A stretch of DNA of 64,000 bases, taken from the NCBI GenBank assembly GCA_963774265.1, contig CAVZDU010000002.1, positions 672,001 through 736,000 on the forward strand, given 5' to 3'. Below, one piece after another: positions 29,546 through 40,247 of the stretch (position 1 is the first letter of the stretch; each line of letters begins with the position of its first letter). Origin of the DNA: an uncultured Chloroflexia bacterium. GTDB lineage: Bacteria > Chloroflexota > Anaerolineae > CG2-30-64-16. The position numbers were made by a program, and so were the translations under genes. A model generated the notes under the pieces. That model saw nothing but the letters and a program-made list of their open reading frames with translations, ran no database searches and had not been told where the DNA came from.

Positions 29546-29621
29546 GCCGCTCGGATTCTGGCGCTTGCCCCAGGTTAACAGCTTGATCATACCACAGCGT
29601 GTCAGGGGTAGCGCTGCACAG

Positions 29622-30744
29622 TCACCCGATATGCGCGATGTATGCTGCAGGATCTGCGTAGGCCCCGTAGGTCAAGCAGGTGTCGCGGTACAGAGCGTAG
29701 TGTTTGAGGGGCACGTCCGGCCCAATGGAAGCAGAGCCAATGATGACGCCGCCTGCGCGACCGATGTCTATTATGTCGCAAGCCTCGGCCTTGATCTGCC
29801 GCAGCGGACCTTGGATCAACGTCCCCGTGTTGTCCATGCCACCGGCCATGATGAGGCGCGGGTATTTCTTGTGCAGATCGACCACCCGCATGTTGGCCCG
29901 TGGTTCCACCGGATTGATTCCGTCGATGCCGGCATCGATCAACATGTCGAGGAGAAGACGAATATCCCCATCCGAGTGAAAAAAGACATAACTGGCGCCG
30001 GCCCGTTTGAAGGCTTGCACCATGCAGCGGTAGGCCGGCAGGAAGATGTGCTCGAATGCACGTGGACTGCACATGGGGCCGCCGTTGAAAGCCACGTCAT
30101 CGAATATCCAGATACCCGTGTCGTATAGACCCCAACGCCGTATCTGCTCGATGCCCACCGCCACCAGGTGTTCCGCCACCCTGTCAGCCAGTGCCCGAGC
30201 CCGAGCTGGATCGAGGGCGATTTCCGTCAGAAACTCCACTTCGCCTCTGAGAAAAGTAGAGCGCAGGTAGGGCCCGCCGGTTTTGCCGAAGAGACACGCT
30301 CGCCGCTTCGTTTCCTGGAGCGCGTTTTGAACCGCCGCCTGATTGCCGATCTGGCACACGGCTGGCTCGTTGAGTAAGCTCTCTGACTCAACATTCAGAA
30401 ATCGACTGTCAAGATCAGGCAGTTCGAAATGGAGGTTATCCAGGTCTGTGTGTTCGGTGACGGGTGACGCCAAGGTTTCGTAGAAGAAAGCACCCTCACG
30501 CTTTCGGATGACCCGTCCCCAACGATCCACCTCGTAGGTCCAGGTTCCATCGTCGCGGCAAGCGGCGTGCTCGGCTGGGGTAGGTGCCTTCGTTCGGGCA
30601 CCAGACTACTACATCACTCAGTGACTGCAATGGTCCAAGACTTGCTTGCCAGTCGCCAGGATACTCCCAGAAGCTCTCGATCGTCGGAATCCTATCCGGT
30701 AGCTCAAAAGCACACGCGGCTAGCACGCGTTCGTGCGAGTTCAT
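29622..30744 (-). CDS. Uroporphyrinogen decarboxylase/MtaA-like family protein (frameshift ~30555)
   Basis: MNSHERVLAAC...PDRIP N-terminus; DDVA, FHSDG, GIDGINPVEP, GGMD. Confidence 0.85.
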
Positions 30745-30847
30745 CGCGCATCCTCCTTACTCATCACATACCGAGGGCCTGTGTTGCATCGTTGGCCACG
30801 TAGACCGAGACCACTCTTACACTGACGGTATGAACGAAAGGACTCTC

Positions 30848-31769
30848 CTAAAGCGTGTTCAACGCCCAGATACCAGCCAGCACCAGCAGCGCGCTGATGA
30901 CGATGGTCGGGGTTAGGATCTCGCCCAGAAATAGGATGCCAATGGTGGCAGAGAATAACGGCGTCGCGATGCTGGCAAACCCACCCAGGGTCGCGCTATG
31001 TTTCTTGACCATATAGAACAGCAGCCAGAAGCCAAGCACCGGCGCGCATAGCGCCGAAACGATCGTGGCTTCCCACGCCTGCCAGGAATATGTCGTCAGC
31101 ATGGGGAGGTCGCCGGTTGCCAACCCAAGCAGGAGGAATGCGGGCAGACAGGCGAAGACCTGACCCGCAGCCAGAGCAGTCGTGTCCACTTGGCGCACGC
31201 GAATACGGGTATAGATCACCGCGAAAGCTGAGGCCAACGAGGCCAGGATGATCAATATTTGCCCAATCCAGCCTTGGTCGTTCGCCACCCTGAGCCCGTT
31301 CGCGTTGCTCACCACCAAGAGGACGGTGCCCGAAACGGCCAGAGCCGCGCCCGCGATTCTTGGTTGGCCGTAGTCGCTCGTCTGGGAGCATGAAGTGCGC
31401 AAGCACGATAGTCATCGCCGGTGTCACGTTGAATAGCACCGACGCCAGCGAACTCGAAATGTAGTGCAGGGAAACCGCCAGGAGGACGAACGGCAACCCG
31501 ATGTTGCCCATGCCAATGATGAGCAGGTCGAACGCCATCCGCGGCTGCCAGCGCATGGGCGGTCGCACGAAAAGGAGGACAACAAAGAAGGTTATGGAGG
31601 CGATGGCAAGGCGTAGGATTGTCAAGGGCACAGGGGGAATGACGCGGGATGCCACGCCGACGCTGGCGATGGCAATGCCGTAAAGCAGTCCCGAAGCGAG
31701 GATCAGAGTCAACTTCTCCCCGAGGCCGCAACTCCGGCCCACCGAGCCACTGGGGGCGGACGCGGTCAA
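30848..31769 (-). CDS. DMT/EamA transporter (frameshift ~31365)
   Basis: Two EamA repeats, LRLAIAS, PDERL, TPLFSATIGILFLGE. Confidence 0.85.
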
Positions 31770-31846
31770 GCTGCCATCTCCTCAAAGAAAAAAGGAAGAT
31801 GCGGCAGAAAAGCCGGTCTTGCTGTAGGGCACGGGTTCGAGCATTG

Positions 31847-33311
31847 TCAGGCTAGTGTATCGGCGGCTCTAGCCGCGATGCGCTCCAGTTCCGCAATCTG
31901 ATCTGACTCGAGGTAGTGTGGTCCCTGGTCTTTGTCCAGGATCGCGCGTACGTGCTTCTTGGCGCGCGCTAGCATGCCTTTATCCTTTGACCAACCACTC
32001 GATGGGCCACGGTCGAAGAGGCGGGGCACGTACAGCGTATCCCGCATGTGCCTGACCGACTCCGGTTCCGCCAGAAAACTGCCGCCAATTCCCACCCGTT
32101 TGATCAAATCCATCTCGATATGATCGGGATTTACGACAAATCCACGTGCGAGCTGCTCCAGATTCTTACACAACTCATAGTCGATCACCATTTGGGCCAG
32201 GCTTGCCACCCCGCTCACGGCCAGGCATCCTAGTCCCGCAGACAACAGACGGCTGCCCGCCAAGACCGCAGTCGTGGCCTTGAAGCTCTTGTCGATACCT
32301 GCCTGGATGTCAGGCAACTTGGCGTCAGTGCCCAGGGCATAGGGAAACATAGGCTCAGGCGCGCCGTAGTAGCGCTGCAGTTCCATGCAGGCCAGAAACA
32401 GCAGAACTGCCTCCGGGTTGCCCTGGCTGGCCGACAATTCCTGTACGTCCAAGAGGGCAGGTCCTCCGCCGTAGCCCGAGACCCGGCCCTGCAACGCCCA
32501 GTTCATGACGTTGCACGCAAGTACTTCGGCTGTCTGCATGGCGAGGTAACCGGCCAGGGTAAACGGTGTCGATGCGCCCAGGATCGGCATCACACCGCCC
32601 ACCCCGAATCCATATTCAAGGCCAAAGTCCTTCAATTGGAAGATAATCTCAAAGCCGTGTTGCCCATAGATCAACGGCGGAGTGGCGAAGGCCCAGGAGC
32701 AGAAAGGCGGCGCTTTCTTGAGCGCATCCCGCGAGCCACAGATCACCTCACCTGCCTCCAGGAAATACGGCACCGTTTGAGGGCTGTAGATTTCTACGAA
32801 ATCCGAGTAGGGGTGGTTTTCGGCCACGGTGATCATCGCATACAGGTCGCGCACCATCGCCGGGTGTTCCTGGGGCAAGAAGACCGGATGACCGGTCACG
32901 ACACCGGGGAGGTTGTCCGCGAGGCGACAAGCTTGGGCAAGATCCGAGACGCGTCGCGGGACGAAGCGTGTCGGTGTCAAGGTCATGCGCCGTCGTGGCT
33001 TGGCCAGTCGCGACCGGCACAACCCGGGCGTCTTTTGGAATCCGGCTCAGATTGATAGGTAGGGTGCCGGTGTAGCCCTGAGTCTGGTAGGCCGGATCGC
33101 GCATCTTGTCGACAACAAACTCGACGAGCGCAGGCGGGAACTTGACTAGATGGCCATCCACCGAACATCCGAAGTCAGAGAGCAGGGCGCACATGCGAGG
33201 GTGATCGACACGTGTGCCGACGTCGCAGAGGATTTCGGTGGCCGAGCCGTGAATGCGATCGAGATCGTCCGGCTCTAAAACCTGAATAAATGATCTGAAC
33301 ACGGAACACAC
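31847..33311 (-). CDS. Trimethylamine methyltransferase MttB superfamily protein, non-pyrrolysine (frameshift ~32945)
   Basis: LDRIHGSATEILCDVG, GASTPFTLAG, TDAKLPDIQAG, QMVIDYE, RVGIGGSFL; no in-frame TAG. Confidence 0.85.
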
Positions 33312-33400
33312 CCCTCCAAACCAGCCAATGCGTGCGACGAGCCGCGTTCAGCGACGAACCCCGGCGGCGTTCGCTGCGATTCCGTCAGGAGTTTCTATGG

Positions 33401-34285
33401 CTAACCTTTGAGTCCTGTCATCGTCATGCCCTCGATAATGAACTCCTGGAAGATCACGAAGATCACGATCATGGGAATGATGCTGAGAAAGGCAGCGGCG
33501 GTGACCAATGCGTACGAGGTCCACCACATTCCGGTGTAGTTGGCCAATCCGAGAATCACTGTCTTCATCTCATCGGCTCGAACGATGACCAAGGGCCACA
33601 GGAATTCATTCCATGTCCAGATGAATTTGACCGTGCCGAGCGTCGCCAGGCCGGGCACGGCAAGCGGCAACACGATCTTGGTGAAGATGCCCAACTCGGA
33701 GTGGCCGTCCACTCGGGCAGCATCGATGTAATCGTTCGGGATGGAATCGATGAACTGGCGCATGATAAAGACCCCGAAAGCACTGAGTAAGTCCGGTCCC
33801 GCCAGGCCAAGGTACGTGTCAGTGAGCCCGAATCGATTGAATATCAGATAGAGTGGAAGGACGACCACCTCGAAGGGCACCATTAGCACAGCCAGGACGA
33901 AGACGAAGAATAGCGCTTCCTTGCCTGGGAAGCTGAACTTAGAGAAGGCATATCCGGCAAGGGATGAGAAGAAGAGGCTGCTCACTGTGGCGGCTATGGT
34001 GACGATGAAGCTGTTGACAAAGAATCGCCCGAAGGCTTGCCGCGCGAAAACCTCCTGATAGTTTCCAAGGTACGGGAACTGATCGGGCAGCCAGGTGATT
34101 GGCAACCGGAGCACTTCGTAGTCGTGCTTCAGCGATGTCAGCACCATCCACACAAAGGGTAGCGCCATAATGGCAGACCCAAGCACGATAACTGCCCACG
34201 GCACGATCTTCGCGATGGTACTGCCGCGCCAAATAGGACGGCGCGCCGATTTGAAGGCGGATCGATTCCCAGTGTGCACAGCCAT
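33401..34285 (-). CDS. Carbohydrate ABC transporter permease (MalG-like)
   Basis: IPNDYIDAARVDG EAA loop, WNEFLWPL. Confidence 0.95.
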   Translation of the reverse strand: MAVHTGNRSAFKSARRPIWRGSTIAKIVPWAVIVLGSAIMALPFVWMVLTSLKHDYEVLRLPITWLPDQFPYLGNYQEVFARQAFGRFFVNSFIVTIAATVSSLFFSSLAGYAFSKFSFPGKEALFFVFVLAVLMVPFEVVVLPLYLIFNRFGLTDTYLGLAGPDLLSAFGVFIMRQFIDSIPNDYIDAARVDGHSELGIFTKIVLPLAVPGLATLGTVKFIWTWNEFLWPLVIVRADEMKTVILGLANYTGMWWTSYALVTAAAFLSIIPMIVIFVIFQEFIIEGMTMTGLKG

Positions 34286-34302
34286 GTTTCTATCTCCCAC
34301 CC

Positions 34303-35235
34303 TCAATATTCCACCGGGCGGCGCACTACTCGCCACTGCAGTACCGTAGAGCCCAAGATGAGGAAGAATAGGAACAGGGCCGCCACAACGGCCTGATCCA
34401 TCTTGTTCCAGGTAAAGGCGAGATCGTAAATGTGAAAGACAGCGACTCGGCTGGCATTAGCCGGCCCGCCTCCGGTCGCAACGTAGGGTAGATCGAAGAT
34501 CTTCAGACCATTGATGACCTCGAAGATTGCAACGAGGACGATTTGTGCGTTGAGCAGTGGCAGCGTGATATGTCGAAAACGGTCCCATGCGCCCGCGCCG
34601 TCAAGCTTGGCAGCTTCGTAGTATTGCTCGGGGATCGACTGAAGGCCCGCGACAAAGATGATCATGTCGAAACCAAGTCGTGACCAGACATTCATGACTG
34701 CCAAGCTGGGCAACACCAGCTTTGGGTCGGCCAACCAGTTCTGGGCGGGAACGCCAAACCAACCTATGAACTCGTTGATGAGGCCATTCTGCGGGTCGTA
34801 TAGCCACCGCCATACAAAGGCCACCGCAACCGCGGACGTGACCACCGGCAAGAAGTAGATGGCGCGAAAGAAGGAACGGACGCCACTGCGCACGCTGTTG
34901 GTGAACACCAGGGATATCACGAGCGACAGGATCATGGTTGCGGGCACGCTCAGCAGGAGGAGGTAGAGCGTTCGCCACATACTTGACCAGAAGAGCTGGT
35001 CTCGCAGCACCGCCTGATAGGCCCTGAGGCCCTCGAAGGTCGATGCCCCGGCAAACGAGAACTTGTGGACGGTCAGGTAAAGGCCGTACCCTGCCGGCCA
35101 GATGAAAGTGATCAGGGAGAAAAGGATGCAAGGCAAAGCAAACAGGTAGCCCGTTCGGACATGGCGGTCGCGAATGGTCTTGCCGCGCAAGATATTGAAA
35201 ACGGAAATCATCATCCTGGTCATTTGCAGCTCCAT
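34303..35235 (-). CDS. Carbohydrate ABC transporter permease (MalF-like)
   Basis: AGLQSIPEQYYEAAKLDGA, FRHITLPLL, TGGGP. Confidence 0.95.
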   Translation of the reverse strand: MELQMTRMMISVFNILRGKTIRDRHVRTGYLFALPCILFSLITFIWPAGYGLYLTVHKFSFAGASTFEGLRAYQAVLRDQLFWSSMWRTLYLLLLSVPATMILSLVISLVFTNSVRSGVRSFFRAIYFLPVVTSAVAVAFVWRWLYDPQNGLINEFIGWFGVPAQNWLADPKLVLPSLAVMNVWSRLGFDMIIFVAGLQSIPEQYYEAAKLDGAGAWDRFRHITLPLLNAQIVLVAIFEVINGLKIFDLPYVATGGGPANASRVAVFHIYDLAFTWNKMDQAVVAALFLFFLILGSTVLQWRVVRRPVEY

Positions 35236-35254
35236 GCCGTATGAACGGCGCTTT

Positions 35255-35297
35255 GCTCAGGCCCCTCTCTCACGAAGGGGCGAGAAGGGGCCTGAGT
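35255..35297 (-). terminator. Stem-loop after solute-binding gene
   Basis: GCTCAGGCCCCT...AGGGGCCTGAGT inverted repeat. Confidence 0.6.
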
Positions 35298-35334
35298 GCT
35301 GTGTCCTGACTCGTTCGCGCAGAGAGCGGAATCG

Positions 35335-36717
35335 CTAGGGCTGCTTGATCAGGATGTCGTTCGTGTCGGAGACCGCGTCATTTAATGCCTTGTCGGCGTC
35401 CTTGATGCCAAACAGCACCTCACTCACAGCCTGCCCGACACGGAAGGAGATTTCGTTGATGTAGGGATGGCCGTAGTAGGGCGCCGGCGGATTGCTCATG
35501 GTGGCCTTTTCGGCCTCAATGTCGGGGCGCTGGGTGAGATACGGATCCTTGTCGAACAGCGCCTTATGCGTGGGCAGCGTGCCGATCGCCTTTGCCAGTT
35601 CGAGCGAATACTGTTCGTTCGTGGTGACGAATTTCAGCCAATCCCAGGCCAGATCCTTGTTGGGGCTGAATTTGTAGACCATCAAGGAGTCCTGGAACAG
35701 GATGCTGTAACCGGCGCGCGCTTTTTGGCTGGGCAGCGAAGCCACGGCGTACTTCACGTCGGGGCAGTTGTCACGGATCAATCCGACCATGTAGGCCTCG
35801 CGGAAGATCATCGCGGCCTTCTTTTGGCAGAAGGCTTCCTCAGGCCGGCCGATCTTCAAGCTGGCGACCTTGTACTTGTTCACCAGGTCACCATAGAACT
35901 GCAGCGACGCGATGGACTCAGGGCTGTTGATGAAACCGTCCGCCGTAGATTCATCGGGGGCATAGAGCTGGCCGCCAAAGGCATGCAGGAATGGCAGCCA
36001 TTTGTCGGCGATGCCCTTGGCATTGCCGTGATACCGTACTGCGAAGCCAGCCACCGTGACCTCGCCGTTGGCATCCGTCTGGGTCAGTTTCTGAGCATAG
36101 GACAACAGATCGTCCATCGTCTTGGGCGGATTGTTGGGATCGAGACCCGCCGCCGTGAACATGTCCGTGTTGTAGTAGAGCATCATGCCCAGGTCGGTCT
36201 CGATGGGGAAGCCGTAGTATTCGCCCTTGTACTTGAGGTAATCCTTGATATTGTCGACGACCTCTTGATCCCAGAGTGCTGCCACATCTGCGGGTGCAGG
36301 GTCAGCCACCCCAAGACCTCCGGCAAAGTAAGGCACCTTCCCGGTCCAAATATCTGGGGCGTTTTTCCGACCGGCGAACGTGGAGACGTACTTCGCATCG
36401 CTGCCGTCGTATGGAATCGACACGAAGTCAATCGTCACGTTGGGATGGGTCTTCTGCCATTCTTTGGTCTTCTCCTCCCAGAACGGGATCAGTGCGGGGT
36501 ACTCGCCCGGCAGATGGGACCATACAGTTAGCTTAACCGCACCCCGGGGCTCAGGGGTGGCGGTGACCACCTTCTCCACCTCCACCTGCTTCTCTACGGC
36601 CTTTTCCACCACGACGGTTTCCTTGATCACCTGGGGGGCTGCTGGAGCGGCGCATCCGACGACGACGCTGCTGATCACCCCAATCACGATGACCAAAATG
36701 CACCAGTTGCGTTTCAT
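35335..36717 (-). CDS. ABC transporter solute-binding lipoprotein (family 1)
   Basis: VVGC lipobox, VEKVVTATP linker, LYYNTDMF...PPKTMDDL. Confidence 0.93.
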   Translation of the reverse strand: MKRNWCILVIVIGVISSVVVGCAAPAAPQVIKETVVVEKAVEKQVEVEKVVTATPEPRGAVKLTVWSHLPGEYPALIPFWEEKTKEWQKTHPNVTIDFVSIPYDGSDAKYVSTFAGRKNAPDIWTGKVPYFAGGLGVADPAPADVAALWDQEVVDNIKDYLKYKGEYYGFPIETDLGMMLYYNTDMFTAAGLDPNNPPKTMDDLLSYAQKLTQTDANGEVTVAGFAVRYHGNAKGIADKWLPFLHAFGGQLYAPDESTADGFINSPESIASLQFYGDLVNKYKVASLKIGRPEEAFCQKKAAMIFREAYMVGLIRDNCPDVKYAVASLPSQKARAGYSILFQDSLMVYKFSPNKDLAWDWLKFVTTNEQYSLELAKAIGTLPTHKALFDKDPYLTQRPDIEAEKATMSNPPAPYYGHPYINEISFRVGQAVSEVLFGIKDADKALNDAVSDTNDILIKQP

Positions 36718-36835
36718 AGTTTTCCTCCTTTGGGCCTTCAGTAGTGAGAGAGTTCGGCATCCGTCTGGATCGCTTGAAGGGCCGAAGCGGCCCGGCCCGG
36801 TTTCGCATTAGCCTTCTCCCATCATCACCTCCTTC

Positions 36836-37717
36836 TCATGTGGCTGACTCGTCGATCAGTCGCTCAAAGTAGTCCCGGGCTTTGCGTGCCTCGTCAACGA
36901 TGTTCGGGACGCCAGAGATATCAACGACAATAGTACCATCAAAGCCCGCAACTCTCAGGCTGCGCATCACTGCCCGGAAGTCAATGATGCCCTTGCCCGG
37001 CGCGTAGTGGTAGGCCATGGTGCCGTCGTTGTCCGAGAAATGAACCAGCTTGATCAGCCTACCCAGTTTCGGTATTACCAGGGCGAGGTACTCCTTGCCC
37101 GCATGCACGTGCGCGACATCCAGGATCACGCCCGAGTTCTTGGCCCCTGATTCCCTGATCAGGTTGATCAAGGCATCGGTAGAACTGAAGACGTCGTTGG
37201 CGCGCGTCTCGATGATCAGGTCCAACCCTTTGGCAGCAGCGATTTCGGCGCAGCGGCGAAAAACATCGACAGCGTTCTCCCAAAAGGCCGACCAGGAAAA
37301 GTCGTCGCTGACTGAAACCGCAGTGGGCGGGCCGCCCACGTACAGCTCGGTGCCCTGCGGCCGGATCTCGGGGGGCATGTAGCCGCAGATGGAAACGAGC
37401 GGCGAGCCCAAGGCTGCTATCAGGTCAGTCAGGCCATCAAAATCACCCAACGCTTGGGCCTTGATCAGCGGGTCCAGGCTGAATAGCTTCTCCTCCACAG
37501 CCATGACTGAAGGCACAGTCATGTCGTATTGTTGGAGAATGGCCCGCATCTCAGGGAGATCACGTCGGTGCGCGGGCAGGAGCTCGTCATAGAGTTCCAG
37601 CTCGATCGCCTTGAAGCCAGCCTGGCCGACCAACACCATGCCCTTCAGATGGTCGGGCGGCGAGGGTGGCAAGCCGAACAGGGTGATGGGAATCGTATAG
37701 CCGCAAGCAATCTGCAT
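36836..37717 (-). CDS. Sugar phosphate isomerase/epimerase (xylose isomerase-like TIM barrel)
   Basis: GFKAIEL, IIET, LDVAH, VHFSDNDG, PGKGIIDF. Confidence 0.88.
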   Translation of the reverse strand: MQIACGYTIPITLFGLPPSPPDHLKGMVLVGQAGFKAIELELYDELLPAHRRDLPEMRAILQQYDMTVPSVMAVEEKLFSLDPLIKAQALGDFDGLTDLIAALGSPLVSICGYMPPEIRPQGTELYVGGPPTAVSVSDDFSWSAFWENAVDVFRRCAEIAAAKGLDLIIETRANDVFSSTDALINLIRESGAKNSGVILDVAHVHAGKEYLALVIPKLGRLIKLVHFSDNDGTMAYHYAPGKGIIDFRAVMRSLRVAGFDGTIVVDISGVPNIVDEARKARDYFERLIDESAT

Positions 37718-37801
37718 GGTGCCGTCTCCATTTCGGGGATGTCTTCGTCGACACACGAAGTATTTAGCGCATGGGTCGATCTCCGCGACCAGATAGCCTT
37801 G

Positions 37802-39082
37802 TTATCCCATGGTATCGCCGGTGATGATCGGCAGCACCTCGGCACTTTGGCGCAAAATGCCGATCTTCAGTCCCGGATTCGTCGCCAGCCGGTTCGCCAA
37901 GGCGCTATTCAAATCGTCGGGCCAGACGTGACCAAAACCGAGGCTCGCGCACAGCTCCGGCGTTAGTCCCTCTGTGACAACCGTAATCCGCATCATCTCT
38001 TTGATATCGTTGATCATGATGGCTTCGGCGCCGGTCAAGGGATCCGGCATCTGGCCCGAGTGGAACAACTGCCATATTTCCGAGTTGGCCATCTTGCCGA
38101 CGTAGTTGGCCAGTTCCGGGTGCGTTGGTGCGATCCCCTCCAGGCAGCCAGAAACGAGGAGAATCTCTCCGCCTTCGCGTGTTGCCGGCTGAGCCGACGT
38201 GATACCCTTGTCACCCTGAAAGAAATCGAAATCCACAGGAGAAGTCGAACTGATAGTTACGTCAGCGCGCTCGGGTATGGGAAGGCCATAAACCCGCCTG
38301 GACTGCTCAATGGCGGCCCGATGGGCCGCGATGAAATGGCCGGAAACGGCATTCACCAGTTCACCATCACGATTCAGAATGACGTTAAGAATGAAGTCGA
38401 GGCCGATTCTTTCCGCGAAGTCCTCCATCTCTCGGCGCATCTCAGTGTCCACGGTGCCCAGCCCCGGGTCCTTAGACCCCAGGTAGTGCATCTGGGCCAC
38501 GGTCTCTTCGCCGGCGACACCAGGCAGCACGATTTTGGCGCCGGCGCTCCATCCGGTCGGGTGATGTGGGATCACGTTGCCGATAGCGATTCGAAAATCA
38601 GCTTCTACGACGTGACGATTCACAAGGATGCGCGTCCCGCGCCGAGTCACGCCGTACTCGCGCAAGCTCCCTGGGTCTTTGTAATGATGTTTGAGGATCC
38701 TGATCCGAGATATCACCTCCCTCCCGTACTTCTCCGCAATTTCGGCGTCGGTCATCAGGCGATGGGTGCCAGAAGCGATCAATACCTGGATATCTGTGTC
38801 GGGAATGCCAAGGTGGTTCAGGGAGTTTAGCAGGATCGGGATGATGCGGCTAACGGGTGTGATCCTGGTGTTGTCATCAGCGATGAGGATGACTTTCTGG
38901 CCCGGATGCACCATCTCCGCCAGGGGGGGTGTTCCGATGGGCGCCGCGAGGGCCGCATGGAGCGTCCCCTCGAAGTCCGGCGCCGGTGGTACCGCGAGCG
39001 GCGCCACGTCAAAGATCAAGTTCTTGTCCGGAATGGTGACGTCAAGCTGCCGGCGGACATAGGGGATTCTCAGGCTCGCCAT
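37802..39082 (-). CDS. larA: Nickel-pincer-dependent lactate racemase (LarA) family protein
   Basis: PIGTPPL, DDNTRITP, ASGTHR, HH, PHHPTGWSAGAK, QGDKG. Confidence 0.88.
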   Translation of the reverse strand: MASLRIPYVRRQLDVTIPDKNLIFDVAPLAVPPAPDFEGTLHAALAAPIGTPPLAEMVHPGQKVILIADDNTRITPVSRIIPILLNSLNHLGIPDTDIQVLIASGTHRLMTDAEIAEKYGREVISRIRILKHHYKDPGSLREYGVTRRGTRILVNRHVVEADFRIAIGNVIPHHPTGWSAGAKIVLPGVAGEETVAQMHYLGSKDPGLGTVDTEMRREMEDFAERIGLDFILNVILNRDGELVNAVSGHFIAAHRAAIEQSRRVYGLPIPERADVTISSTSPVDFDFFQGDKGITSAQPATREGGEILLVSGCLEGIAPTHPELANYVGKMANSEIWQLFHSGQMPDPLTGAEAIMINDIKEMMRITVVTEGLTPELCASLGFGHVWPDDLNSALANRLATNPGLKIGILRQSAEVLPIITGDTMG

Positions 39083-39220
39083 CTCACTGCCTCCGATGTG
39101 CATCTGACAAGTGCTGGACGGCCACCCAAATCGACCGGCCGAGACACGATCATGTGAATTCAACAGACATCAGTCTGGGTGCGGGCGGTAATACCAACAC
39201 TGGAAAAGGCAATCTGTCCG

Positions 39221-39321
39221 TTGACAGAAGAGCTTGAATCAGCTACAATGCGGTTGATAAATTGTTAGATTGTCCAACAATCCAACACCAAAATGCTATC
39301 ACCATTGCGATCGTCTGTCAA
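39221..39321. promoter_or_regulatory. Facing promoters for gntR (+) and the larA operon (-) with a shared operator
   Basis: Plus TTGACA-17-TACAAT (39221-39249); minus TTGACA-17-TAGCAT; between them TGTTAGATTGT-CCA-ACAATCCAACA inverted repeat (39263-39287). Confidence 0.75.
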
Positions 39322-39400
39322 GCGTCAGAACGCGATCGTGACTCGTGAGTGCAGGTAGGTGGCCCAAGCAGTTCGGCATCAAACACGACGCGGAGATGTC

Positions 39401-40138
39401 ATGTACCAACGTGATTTCCCACTAGCTTCGGATGAGGAGATGATAGATCTACTCGCCGCGCCAGTCGAATCCTTGTCGTTGGTGACCGAGATCGCTGAAC
39501 GCATCCGTCAGTCTGTCATCAACGGCACTCTGAAGCCCGGCGACGTGATCAACGAGTCCCAGTTGACGGAGCGCCTTGGTGTTGCCCGAGGTACGCTGCG
39601 TGAGGCGGTGCGGAGTCTCATTGGCGAAGGACTCCTGGAAAAGCTGCCGAATCGCGCTTCGCGAGTCCGCCGACTCACTGCCGACACGGCGTGGGAGATC
39701 ATCACGGCCCGGGCCCTAATTGAGGGGTTTGGCGCCAGAGTGTTGGCGGAACGGATCACGCCGGAAAAACTGCGGCGCTTGAATTGGGTCTGGGAGCAAA
39801 TGAACGATGCCGCGCGTATTCAGGATTATTCGAGGTTCGTGCATTGGGACTTCATGCTACACCGCACCATCATGGAATTGTCGGGGCACGGTGTGTTGTT
39901 TGAGAGTTGGATCAAAATGAGCGCCTGGATTCGTCTGATGTTCGCTCTGGAGCAGTACCTGCCTGAAGAGATGTTGGAAAATGCGCTGAACCACAGAGGA
40001 ATTGTCGATGCGATTGCCACCGGCGACCCCGATGACGCCGAAGCCAGGCTGAAGGCTGACCTGTTGAAGCAATCTGAACTTGAACGTCATGCTGGCTTCG
40101 CAGAGAACCTCACCACATCGCAGCGGAGATTCGCCTAG
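39401..40138 (+). CDS. GntR family regulator (FCD domain)
   Basis: LKPGDVINESQLTERLGVARGTLREA HTH; LHRTI, NHRGIVDAI FCD. Confidence 0.93.
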   Translation: MYQRDFPLASDEEMIDLLAAPVESLSLVTEIAERIRQSVINGTLKPGDVINESQLTERLGVARGTLREAVRSLIGEGLLEKLPNRASRVRRLTADTAWEIITARALIEGFGARVLAERITPEKLRRLNWVWEQMNDAARIQDYSRFVHWDFMLHRTIMELSGHGVLFESWIKMSAWIRLMFALEQYLPEEMLENALNHRGIVDAIATGDPDDAEARLKADLLKQSELERHAGFAENLTTSQRRFA

Positions 40139-40247
40139 CCGTTCGGAATCGCGGCCAGTGATGGTTACCTGGCGAGTCTCTTATCTCTGCAGCGGGTGAA
40201 GCTCAGATGCAATCCGGAGCGCTCCGACACGGTCGAGAGGTGGGGCA

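Noticed and set aside
28178-29578. 466-aa plus-strand ORF and other long antisense ORFs (e.g. 54498..56036, 60785..61879, 35467..36531)
   Set aside because: Shadow frames of well-supported opposite-strand genes in high-GC DNA
31847-33311. Pyrrolysine-containing MttB
   Set aside because: No in-frame TAG in the relevant region and no pyl genes seen
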